Part shown: positions 31,197 through 39,743 of the stretch, piece after piece
Numbering within the stretch: the first letter of the stretch is position 1
How the letters are laid out: every line of letters begins with the position of its first letter
Origin: Calditrichota bacterium
Lineage (GTDB): Bacteria > Electryoneota > RPQS01
Length of the DNA stretch: 64,000 nt
Assembly: GCA_020637445.1 (NCBI GenBank)
Contig: JACJVZ010000001.1
Location: 85,108 to 149,107 of the forward strand
Direction of reading: 5' to 3'
The notes under the pieces: generated by a model
The model's input: the letters and a program-made list of their open reading frames with translations, nothing else
Databases searched by the model: none
Told to the model about the DNA's origin: nothing
Translations under genes and position numbers: made by a program

Positions 31197-32804
31197 ATGA
31201 AAGCGATTATTACGTGGATCGTCATTACGGTGACTTGTCTAATCGTAATGCCGACGCTGGGTTGGAATCCGTCCGACTTCTTTCACCAGTACTGGCCTAA
31301 ACCTGTTGCATCTTTTCTGTCATTCTTGGCAAGCGCAAAATTCCTATTGCCAGTTGCAATACCTGTTTGCATTTCTGGCTTGTTCGGAAAGAGTCGTCCG
31401 ACGACAAAAGAATTTTACAGACATCGTCCAGTCTGGGTGTTCGTTTCGTTTGCTACCGCTGCTGTTATCTGGTTGATAATGCTAGTCGGCTGGAAGACAG
31501 AGATTACAATGCCCAACTCTACCACGCTTGGCGCAGATGGTATTAGGTACGATTGGCTGTCGCGACTAGGTGTGATAGTTTTGCTTGCTGGCGTGGCAGC
31601 ATTTTTCATCAAGAGGCCATTGACATCCAGTTTTTTCAAAGATTTGCGCCAACAAGCTTCAGGAGACAATGGTTCGATCTCAAGGACAATCACCGGCGGT
31701 GTGCACTGGTGGAGCTTGATCTCTCTGCTGGGTACCGCTACGCTGGCGTTCATAAGTTTCGAGTGGTTGTCGCTCGACTCGTCGCTTGCATGGAAGTTGA
31801 TTGTCATTGTTCCGGCATTTCTGTGCTTTTGGCTGGTGGGAGGTGTGATGGTGTTGCATGTCAATGAGATAGGCATACTAACTTCGTACAATAACCCTAA
31901 CCCTCATCCTTGGGTCCTACGCCGTTCAGTTGACCATCAAAAGGGTTACATTGAGCAGGACGCCTATCATACGGATAAAACAAAGGATTCTGACGGTACA
32001 GTTCTGAGGACAGGATTGAACATTTATTGCTTACCGTTCTGGCTTCCTTTTATCGGAATCACTCTCTTAACGAGAGAAATCGAACAACGCTTCGGTACAA
32101 CTCCCCTATTCCCGACGAAGCCAGTTGCGAGTGACGGACAACCAGATGACCCCAATCGGAGAAGACTCGTTGGCCCGAAAGTGCAGATAAAATTTCGCAT
32201 GCGCGTTTGCTGGAACGAGGCACCTTTTACTTTTTTACACATATCCTTTTCTGAACAGAACAATATTCGCCAGAATGCAGTCAAAGCGCTTTCCGCTTTG
32301 ATGGTTAATAAATTCAGCGAGATGAGTGTTGAAGAGGTATACACTTTGCTCCATTACACTCCCTATCGTAACACGGGTAGTGGTGATGCTAATCGTATCA
32401 CATCCGATTTAGCTGAAACGCCATGGGATAGGTTTCAAAGTGAAGCAGCGCGCCTTCTCTTTCAGGAGTTCGGTGCCAGAGTAATAACGATTCAAATTGA
32501 AGACATTAATCTAGATCCCGATCTTGAAAGAGCTATTCAGGCACAGGCTGCGGCCACTACAGAAGTGGAACGCCAGACGATCCTTGGGCAAGCCGAGGGG
32601 CGTAGAGAAGCCAGCCTGATAAAGGACTTTGCTCGACAAGTTTTCGGAATTCCCGCCAATCAGGAAGTTTCTGAAGCAAAAATGTTGGAAGCATTAGCGG
32701 AGTACAACAAACTAAACAAATTCAGAAACTCCAACATAGTGATTGACGGGAGTGACGAAAGGCGGCAAATTATTCTGGGCATTGATTATAGCCGAACACG
32801 TTAG
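31197..32804 (+). CDS. Multi-pass membrane protein with a C-terminal SPFH (band-7/stomatin/flotillin-like) domain
   Basis: About 300 aa of hydrophobic helices. C-terminal ...VITIQIEDINLDPDLERAIQAQAAATTEVERQTILGQAEGRREAS matches the SPFH signature region. Confidence 0.55.
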   Translation: MKAIITWIVITVTCLIVMPTLGWNPSDFFHQYWPKPVASFLSFLASAKFLLPVAIPVCISGLFGKSRPTTKEFYRHRPVWVFVSFATAAVIWLIMLVGWKTEITMPNSTTLGADGIRYDWLSRLGVIVLLAGVAAFFIKRPLTSSFFKDLRQQASGDNGSISRTITGGVHWWSLISLLGTATLAFISFEWLSLDSSLAWKLIVIVPAFLCFWLVGGVMVLHVNEIGILTSYNNPNPHPWVLRRSVDHQKGYIEQDAYHTDKTKDSDGTVLRTGLNIYCLPFWLPFIGITLLTREIEQRFGTTPLFPTKPVASDGQPDDPNRRRLVGPKVQIKFRMRVCWNEAPFTFLHISFSEQNNIRQNAVKALSALMVNKFSEMSVEEVYTLLHYTPYRNTGSGDANRITSDLAETPWDRFQSEAARLLFQEFGARVITIQIEDINLDPDLERAIQAQAAATTEVERQTILGQAEGRREASLIKDFARQVFGIPANQEVSEAKMLEALAEYNKLNKFRNSNIVIDGSDERRQIILGIDYSRTR

Positions 32805-32905
32805 TCCGAGTTGCCCCCGGCAGATTGCTGTCCACATCTACATTGCCTCATTCACTTGGCTGTTTGCCCCCCGCTGTTGCTCCTTCACTGTTTTAGTCAG
32901 CGCTT

Positions 32906-33901
32906 TTGGCACAAAAGAATAGGGACAACATGCCCGACCTAAACCACCTTCAACGCGCACTGCGCATTCTTCAGCGGTTGATGACTCACGATCGAGTCAC
33001 AGTTGCGGAACTGCATGAACTGCTAGACAAACAGGTCGATAAGCGTTCGATTCAACGGATGTTGAATTCCATAGAAGGCGCGAATATCCCGTTGCGATTT
33101 GAAACCGGAGCACATGGTGTTCGGTACTACAGATTGCAGCGGGAATTTGATTTTGTGCCGATGATGCTGGAGCCGGATGACTTGTTGGCGGGCATTCTTT
33201 TGGGACAGTTCAAAGAACTGTTTCAAGGCACAAAGATTGGCGACAATATCAAACGTGTCTTTGAACGCATGGAGCAGCTCGTGCCGCCCGATGGAGTCGA
33301 GATCGCTTCAGCATTCTGGGATGTCAATGATGCTTTCTCGTATCACGAAGCTGGTCGAGTCGACATCAAGCCATTCAGCCACGTCCTGATGGACCTGTTC
33401 AAAGCACTTCTGGCGCGCAAAGTGTGTTGGGTGAAGTACAAAGGGAAGTCGTATCAGATTCATCCATACAGTCTGATTCTGCATACCGGATCGCTCTACG
33501 CAGTCGTCTTTCAACCTTATCACAAGTCGTACATCTATCTGTCGTTGCCACGCATCGAGGAGATTACGCCGACTGACGAGATCTTTGAACGTGATCCCAA
33601 GTTTAGCCTAAGAGAGTTTATGAAGGACAAGTTCGGCATCTGGTCGGACAAGCCTGCGACAGTGAAAATCAAATTCGCCAAGCTTGTTCGTCCGTCAATA
33701 GAAGGACGCGTCTGGCATCACAGTCAGTCGATAAGAGAACTTAAGTCCGGTGACATCGTACTCACAATGAAAGTAGGTATTACGGAAGAACTGATTGCGT
33801 GGATTCTGCGATGGGGGAAGTATGGAATCGTGCAGTCCCCTAAGAAGCTGCAAGACAGAATCAAGCGGACCCTAAGAGAAACTCTGAAGAGTTACAGATA
33901 G
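32906..33901 (+). CDS. HTH plus WYL-domain transcriptional regulator (YafY/BrxR/CapW-like)
   Basis: N-terminal wHTH (LQRALRILQRLMTHDRVTVAELHELLDKQVDKRSIQRML). C-terminal WYL-type region (YSLILHTGSLYAVVFQPYHKSYIYLSLPRIEEI). Confidence 0.65.
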   Translation: MAQKNRDNMPDLNHLQRALRILQRLMTHDRVTVAELHELLDKQVDKRSIQRMLNSIEGANIPLRFETGAHGVRYYRLQREFDFVPMMLEPDDLLAGILLGQFKELFQGTKIGDNIKRVFERMEQLVPPDGVEIASAFWDVNDAFSYHEAGRVDIKPFSHVLMDLFKALLARKVCWVKYKGKSYQIHPYSLILHTGSLYAVVFQPYHKSYIYLSLPRIEEITPTDEIFERDPKFSLREFMKDKFGIWSDKPATVKIKFAKLVRPSIEGRVWHHSQSIRELKSGDIVLTMKVGITEELIAWILRWGKYGIVQSPKKLQDRIKRTLRETLKSYR

Positions 33902-33907
33902 CACGTC

Positions 33908-34288
33908 ATGATTTGTCGCTCTGGCTGGTATTTTTCAGCCATGAAGACAACATCTCCCACCCCAAAGCCCGGCCGCAAGATCGTTATCGATCTTAAGTCT
34001 GTTCCTGTTAACTACAAAGCGGCAACGAGGTTATTCTGTCAGCGATATCTAACCGCAGCACTACGAATGTACTCATGGAATGTGACCAAATGTGCAAAAG
34101 CGCTTGGAATCAGCAGGAGGACATTGCAGCTCAGGATGAGGCAGTTTGGAATTCAGGAGGGCATGAACATCGAGTCCAATGCGCATTTCATCACTGCAAA
34201 AGAAACCTCAATGGCTATTGACTCCGATTCGGCATTAGAACCTACTTCCTTAGATGTCAGCAGCCGGAGTGAAAATGTCGTCCAATAA
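33908..34288 (+). CDS. Small Fis-type HTH DNA-binding protein
   Basis: C-terminal HTH_8-like motif WNVTKCAKALGISRRTLQLRMRQFGI. Confidence 0.45.
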   Translation: MICRSGWYFSAMKTTSPTPKPGRKIVIDLKSVPVNYKAATRLFCQRYLTAALRMYSWNVTKCAKALGISRRTLQLRMRQFGIQEGMNIESNAHFITAKETSMAIDSDSALEPTSLDVSSRSENVVQ

Positions 34289-35801
34289 CGGCTATCGATA
34301 TCTGTCCAAGTCTAGGCTAATGGCACTTCATCAGTGCCCATTGCGGCTTTGGAACGAGGTGCACCGACGCGATCTGATGCAGGCGCCGTCAGCAGAAGCC
34401 CAAGCTCGGTTTGACGCTGGAACGATGGTTGGTGAGCTTGCTCGCGATCTCTATCCCCAAGGTAGGTTGATAGCGGAGAAGTACTGGGAAATCGCAATGG
34501 CCAAGATTCACACAAACGAAGCACTGGCCGACAAGTCCATTCCGGCACTGTTTGAACCGGCGTTCGAGTATCGGCAGACCCGCGTACGCTGCGATATTCT
34601 CGTTCGTGGAAAAGGCGGCTGGCAGCTCTGGGAAGTCAAGAGCGTAGTCAATCCCAAAGAATACCACGTGCTTGACGTTGCAATTCAGGCGCATGTACTG
34701 AAGAAGTCGATGGAGGCGTCCGGGAGCGACTGTAATTTCGAGAATATTGGCGTAGTCCATCTAAACAATGAATATGTCTACGACGGCAAGAAGTATGATG
34801 CAAATAGTCTCTTCAGCCGATTTGAGTGCTTAGATGAAGCGTTGGACATTGAGATTCCAGTTGAAGACTTGATTTCTGAGGGTCTAGAAATCGCCACGTC
34901 GACAATACCGCCGCAGATTAAGCCTGGCGGTCAATGCACAGATCCTTACGACTGCCCATTCCTTGGCAGTGCCTGTGATGTGCCGGAACGGCATCCACTG
35001 ATGTTGGTGCCAGGCGTTGGTCCGGCCAAGCTTGAGAGTCTTATTGCACAGGGAATCAACACACTGGACGATCTTGCAGCCAGCAGCGTAGTCTTAAATG
35101 GCCCCCAGCAGCGCATGATGAAGGCCGAAGAGACTGGACAATGCGTGGTCGAACCGACATTGTCTGAATATCTGGCGGCAATAGGATATCCCAGATATCA
35201 TCTTGACTTCGAGACGTTCATGCCTGCGCTTCCTAGATACAAAGGTACGCGGCCATTTCAGGCGCTGCCGTTCCAGTACTCAGTTCATTTCGAAGAATCT
35301 GAACGACGACCTGCACAGCACTTTGGCTATCTGCATTCGGAAGATTCAGATCCAAGGCGGTTGCTCACCGAGCATATGCTTGATGTCCTTGAACAGCACC
35401 CAGACGCGCCAGTCCTAATGTACACAGCGTACGAGAAACGGGTTCTCAATGCGCTTGCAGATGAACTTCCTGAATACGCAGACCGATTGAATACCGTCGC
35501 TGATCGACTCGTTGATTTGTGTGCCATCGTCAAGGACAATATCTACCATCCGGACTTCAACGGCAGCTTTTCTATCAAAAGTGTATTGCCTGCCTTGGTC
35601 CCGGAACTCGGATACGATGATCTTGAAATTGCGGATGGTACAGCGGCTTCGCTGAAGTACATGGAGATGATCGAGCTAGCCAAGTCTGACAAAACTTCGG
35701 CGAAGGTGATATTGAACCAGCTTTGGGAGTATTGTAAACGCGATACGGAGGCGATGATTGCCGTCGTGTCACGGCTTAACATATTGTCAGCGGGTATTTG
35801 A
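34275..35801 (+). CDS. Cas4/RecB-like PD-(D/E)xK nuclease with a 1+3 Cys Fe-S arrangement, a helix-hairpin-helix motif and a ~250-aa C-terminal domain of unknown function (DUF2779-like)
   Basis: Start chosen at the ATG with GGAG 6 nt upstream. N-terminal Cys (HQCPLRLW). D...E.K core (RCDILVRGKGGWQLWEVKSV). C-x5-C-x6-C (CTDPYDCPFLGSAC). HhH (LVPGVGPAKLESLIAQGI). Confidence 0.55.
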   Translation: MSSNNGYRYLSKSRLMALHQCPLRLWNEVHRRDLMQAPSAEAQARFDAGTMVGELARDLYPQGRLIAEKYWEIAMAKIHTNEALADKSIPALFEPAFEYRQTRVRCDILVRGKGGWQLWEVKSVVNPKEYHVLDVAIQAHVLKKSMEASGSDCNFENIGVVHLNNEYVYDGKKYDANSLFSRFECLDEALDIEIPVEDLISEGLEIATSTIPPQIKPGGQCTDPYDCPFLGSACDVPERHPLMLVPGVGPAKLESLIAQGINTLDDLAASSVVLNGPQQRMMKAEETGQCVVEPTLSEYLAAIGYPRYHLDFETFMPALPRYKGTRPFQALPFQYSVHFEESERRPAQHFGYLHSEDSDPRRLLTEHMLDVLEQHPDAPVLMYTAYEKRVLNALADELPEYADRLNTVADRLVDLCAIVKDNIYHPDFNGSFSIKSVLPALVPELGYDDLEIADGTAASLKYMEMIELAKSDKTSAKVILNQLWEYCKRDTEAMIAVVSRLNILSAGI

Positions 35802-35888
35802 TACTGGGCTGCCCTATTTCATACCAACATGAATCAATTGATTTGCGATCATACTAATATGTAGTAACGCGTAAGAACTGTAAGAACA

Positions 35889-36989
35889 ATGGCAATTAGA
35901 CGAAAGCAGCACATTCCCACTTTGCGTGAAATTGTCCGGCGGATTCCCAAAGAAAACGACCTTTTCTCCGAAGTGTTTTCACGTGAGTCAGTAATAAATG
36001 CGATCGACCGGCTTTTTGTCAAACGCAACATGTATGGATACAGCAGTTGGTTTGTGCTGGAATGTGCTGGAGAGTTATCCCGACAGTACAGCGACCTCGC
36101 AGCTGCCATGCTTGAACGTGCTGCAGACTACATTCTTGAACGCGATGGCCTACGAAGTGCAGATGAATGTCAGAATCTGGTGTCTGAAGCGGCGACACAT
36201 TGGCTTATGTCGGACAATATTGCTGAGTACAACGAAACGAACTTGCATCGTATTTCTATTAGCCTTAAGTCAACTAAACAACGTGAGCTTTTTGTTTCAG
36301 AGGAACATCTCGGTAGTCTAATTGTGCTGTACGATACAGCAGAAAGATACTTTGAATCAGGTAATTTGGAAAGGGCTCTTGAGACGTTTCAGCTATTTAT
36401 GAGAGAGATGGAAGTCGAAGAACAGTACGTGGCGGCCGGTGATGCAGCCTTAAGATGTATGTTGGTTTGTGCTGCATTGGAGAATTGGCCTAAGACCCAA
36501 GATTTCGCCTTGGAGTCGCTGGAACTGTATAAGCGATCAGAAGAGGATATGGATCTAGACGATATGCTTCTTTGCAATTACTACACGGGCAAAGCCATGT
36601 ACTTCATGGCGGCAGCCGCTAACGCTGGCAGTATTATAGATTGTCTTACTTTCTGCAAAGAGGATGATGAAGACAGAGAGATGCTCACAAGAAACGGAGT
36701 TGACTTCCGCGAGATGGATCAAATGCTAGCGAGATGCCATGCAATACGAGGCGAACTGTGCTTTCAGAAATGGGCCTATCAAAACAACTCGACGCTTCTC
36801 AGCGATGCTGAGGCTGATCTAATAAAGTCAGCAGAGATGCTTGAGGAAGAGCCGGAACGCCCGCGCAGAGTACTGGCACGAGTGTACGCCGCATTAAGCA
36901 CCGTCTATAGTGCAAAAGGTAGCATAGATGAAGCAGCAGAATATCGCGAAAAAGCTCTTAGATTCGGATTTGATTTATCCGAAGAATAA
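35889..36989 (+). CDS. Hypothetical all-helical (TPR-like?) protein, 366 aa
   Basis: Clean ORF. Amphipathic helical-repeat character. No catalytic motifs. Confidence 0.45.
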   Translation: MAIRRKQHIPTLREIVRRIPKENDLFSEVFSRESVINAIDRLFVKRNMYGYSSWFVLECAGELSRQYSDLAAAMLERAADYILERDGLRSADECQNLVSEAATHWLMSDNIAEYNETNLHRISISLKSTKQRELFVSEEHLGSLIVLYDTAERYFESGNLERALETFQLFMREMEVEEQYVAAGDAALRCMLVCAALENWPKTQDFALESLELYKRSEEDMDLDDMLLCNYYTGKAMYFMAAAANAGSIIDCLTFCKEDDEDREMLTRNGVDFREMDQMLARCHAIRGELCFQKWAYQNNSTLLSDAEADLIKSAEMLEEEPERPRRVLARVYAALSTVYSAKGSIDEAAEYREKALRFGFDLSEE

Positions 36990-37055
36990 TGTATTAGTAT
37001 AGTTTGCATTGGCTCCACGACGGGTGGCGCAATAAGAATGCGATATTGAAGAGTA

Positions 37056-37376
37056 ATGGGCAGCACCTACGAAGCAACGTGCCAGTCTTGTAACCATCAC
37101 TTTGATTTCCAAATTAGCGGAGGCATGACATTCCACTATCTGCACTGCGACAAATGTGGGGCTGGTAAGGCCATCGCCTTTGACGAACTTGAAGTTGTTG
37201 CTGGCGAACCACAATGTCCTGGGATAAATTTAGATCACAATTTGAAAGTTGAATGCGTTGCAGACAAGTGTCTTTGTGGGGGACACTTTCGATTCAATGC
37301 GCCAGTTCGATTCCCATGTTGTCATTCAACTGATGTCGATTGGGACGAAGACAATCCGCAAGAGAACTATGACTAG
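37056..37376 (+). CDS. Small zinc-ribbon protein (106 aa, multiple CxxC pairs)
   Basis: CQSCNHH...HCDKCG...CPG...CVADKCLCGGH...CCH is a Cys-rich metal-binding pattern. Confidence 0.45.
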   Translation: MGSTYEATCQSCNHHFDFQISGGMTFHYLHCDKCGAGKAIAFDELEVVAGEPQCPGINLDHNLKVECVADKCLCGGHFRFNAPVRFPCCHSTDVDWDEDNPQENYD

Positions 37377-37526
37377 AGGCATAATACCAGACAGTTCACA
37401 GATCGCGTTAACCACAATTCGGGCTTCGCAGTGAACCCTTTCGGGGGCCTCCGTACTCTTGCTACATTAATACCGAAAGGTTCGCTGGGTTACCAACTGT
37501 TCGCGCCGGGGACAGAAGAACAATTG

Positions 37527-37599
37527 CTGCCGTCTCACTCCGCCGGACGGCAGTAAGTATGCCTAATCCTACAACTGGTACAGAAATATGGGCAGACCA
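37527..37599 (+). repeat. Direct repeat copy 2 (hairpin CTGCCGTC/GACGGCAG followed by the core TAATCCTACAACTGGTACAGA...GGGCAGACCA)
   Basis: See copy 1. The first 21 nt of the core are identical. The hairpin keeps its pairing through TT->TG and AA->CA changes. Confidence 0.7.
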
Positions 37600-37730
37600 A
37601 CCTAGCCTACCCAACCTTGCCGGGTCCCTTTCCTGCTGATCAATATGTCGCGAATCAACTGCAAAAATGGCATTTTTGATAGGTCCTATTGCTGCAAAGC
37701 AACTTATCATTCAAGAAAGGGAGATTCTGA

Positions 37731-39743
37731 ATGTCTGACGAAACTACTGTCCGTAACGTAATCACTTCAATAGATCAGCATGTTCGCGATGTTTTTGGTA
37801 CTTCAAAGGCGTACCATATTGACATCTATCAACGGGAGTATCGGTGGGATAAGGACAATGTCGACACGTTGCTGAATGACCTTCAGATTCGTTTCGAACA
37901 ACATCAGCGCATTGAAACGGATCCCAAAGAAATCCATAAGGATGTTCTCAAGCGCTTCGAGCCATATTTTCTTAACACCTATTTGACCCACAGCACCAAT
38001 TCGACAACGGCTATCGTTGACGGTCAACAACGACTTTCGACCATCTTGCTAATGCTGATAAAGCTTCGGTCTATTCTCACTGAAATAGAAGGTGGTGAAA
38101 GCGCATCAACCAAGACATTTTCAAGCAAAAGCCTTGAACGTCTGATCTTCGAAACTGATGATTTCGGCGATGCGAATCGCTTCAAAGTCTATAATGAAAA
38201 TCGCGAGGCAGCCTTTCGCGGGCTGATAGACAATGCACCTGTCGATCCCTGCGACGAGACACAGAATCGGATTAATGAGAACTACACATTCATAAGTCAA
38301 CAGTTTGATGTATATTTCAAGATTGATGGCGATAGTAAGCAAGAGTGGGACTTATCAAAACTCACACACTACATTTTCTTTCTTCTTGACCGAGTATCAA
38401 TTGTAGAGATCAAGATAGAACGACAACAGCATGTTGCAACAATTTTTGAGGTTGTAAACGACCGTGGACTCGGACTCAAGCCTTATGAGATATTGAAGGG
38501 TAAGTTGTTAGGCAATCTTCCACCTGTTGAGAAGGAATATGCCAACAAGGTATGGACTGACCTTCAAAACAGATACTTCGCTTCCGATGTCAAAAATAGT
38601 ACTGATTCAAAGATCACACTTGATATGTTCTTTCAAACGTACTTTCGTGCCAAATTCGCTGAAAGCGAAGCGGATTACGTAAAGTACGAAAACGACTATC
38701 ACTACGAGATATATCGGAACAAAGACATTTCCAAGTACTTTGGCAACTTCTCCGACACACGCATTCTTTACGACAAGATTGTTAATGAGATAAAGTATTT
38801 CGCGGAACTGTACCTCAATTTACGCACCGGCTACTTTGATGAATTTCTGATTTACAACAAGCTTCTTGATCAGAATCAGCAGTACCTCTTGATAATGTCC
38901 TCGGTGATTCTGAATGATCCAAGTCGCGATACTAAAGTCACAGGGATTGCGCGGAAGTTTGACCAACTCCACTCTGTGCTCCGATTGCTTGATGTATATG
39001 ACAGTAACGTGTTTCAGCGTTATATCTACAAATTGAATAAACGAATTCGTAATGTATCTATGCTTGACGCAATCCACGTGTTCGATAGTACCTTGATAGA
39101 AGCACTCGTTGAAGGTGAAACTATCGCTCCAGAAGACGTAAATAATGTTGCCGATATTTTCCAGTATGAACGGTTCAGAGCTATGAGGAATCGCTGGACT
39201 AATTTCAGCAAGTATGTGCTGTTGCGCGTCGACCGCTACTTAGCGGAGCACTTAGACAAGCCTTCGTATACGACGAAAGGATCTTTGCAGGATTTGGAAG
39301 ACCACTTCAACAAGAGTACACGAAAGATTTATGGTATGCATCTTGAGCATATCTATGCGCGAAACGAGGAAAACTTCGACCAATTTAGGGATGTTAATGG
39401 CATATTTGACGAACAGCACTTTAATACAGTTCGGAATCAGCTGGGCTTGGTTCTACTTCTAAAAGACCGTCAGAACGAAAGCAGCAATAATGAATCATAT
39501 AGGATGAAAATGGAGCGATATCGTACGAGTAACTTTATCTGGAATGAACTTATGGTCGGCCATCTAGATATTGTGGACAAACGAAAGTTACCCGACAAAT
39601 TTGCATTTGAGAGGGTGGATCCTGATTCTAGCGGTGCCTTTCCAAGCGATAAGTGGGGGGCCCGACAGCAACTAATGTATAATGCTGTAAAAACCGTCTG
39701 GCTTGATGATGTTATGAATTGGGAGCAAACATTAAATGAATAA
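37731..39743 (+). CDS. GmrSD-like type IV (modification-dependent) restriction endonuclease: DUF262 N-terminal domain plus DUF1524 His-Me finger C-terminal domain
   Basis: DUF262 motifs (IDIYQREYRWDKDNV; IVDGQQRLSTILLML). C-terminal GMHLEHIYARNE fits the DUF1524 (D/E)H-I-x nuclease motif. 670 aa. Confidence 0.7.
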   Translation: MSDETTVRNVITSIDQHVRDVFGTSKAYHIDIYQREYRWDKDNVDTLLNDLQIRFEQHQRIETDPKEIHKDVLKRFEPYFLNTYLTHSTNSTTAIVDGQQRLSTILLMLIKLRSILTEIEGGESASTKTFSSKSLERLIFETDDFGDANRFKVYNENREAAFRGLIDNAPVDPCDETQNRINENYTFISQQFDVYFKIDGDSKQEWDLSKLTHYIFFLLDRVSIVEIKIERQQHVATIFEVVNDRGLGLKPYEILKGKLLGNLPPVEKEYANKVWTDLQNRYFASDVKNSTDSKITLDMFFQTYFRAKFAESEADYVKYENDYHYEIYRNKDISKYFGNFSDTRILYDKIVNEIKYFAELYLNLRTGYFDEFLIYNKLLDQNQQYLLIMSSVILNDPSRDTKVTGIARKFDQLHSVLRLLDVYDSNVFQRYIYKLNKRIRNVSMLDAIHVFDSTLIEALVEGETIAPEDVNNVADIFQYERFRAMRNRWTNFSKYVLLRVDRYLAEHLDKPSYTTKGSLQDLEDHFNKSTRKIYGMHLEHIYARNEENFDQFRDVNGIFDEQHFNTVRNQLGLVLLLKDRQNESSNNESYRMKMERYRTSNFIWNELMVGHLDIVDKRKLPDKFAFERVDPDSSGAFPSDKWGARQQLMYNAVKTVWLDDVMNWEQTLNE

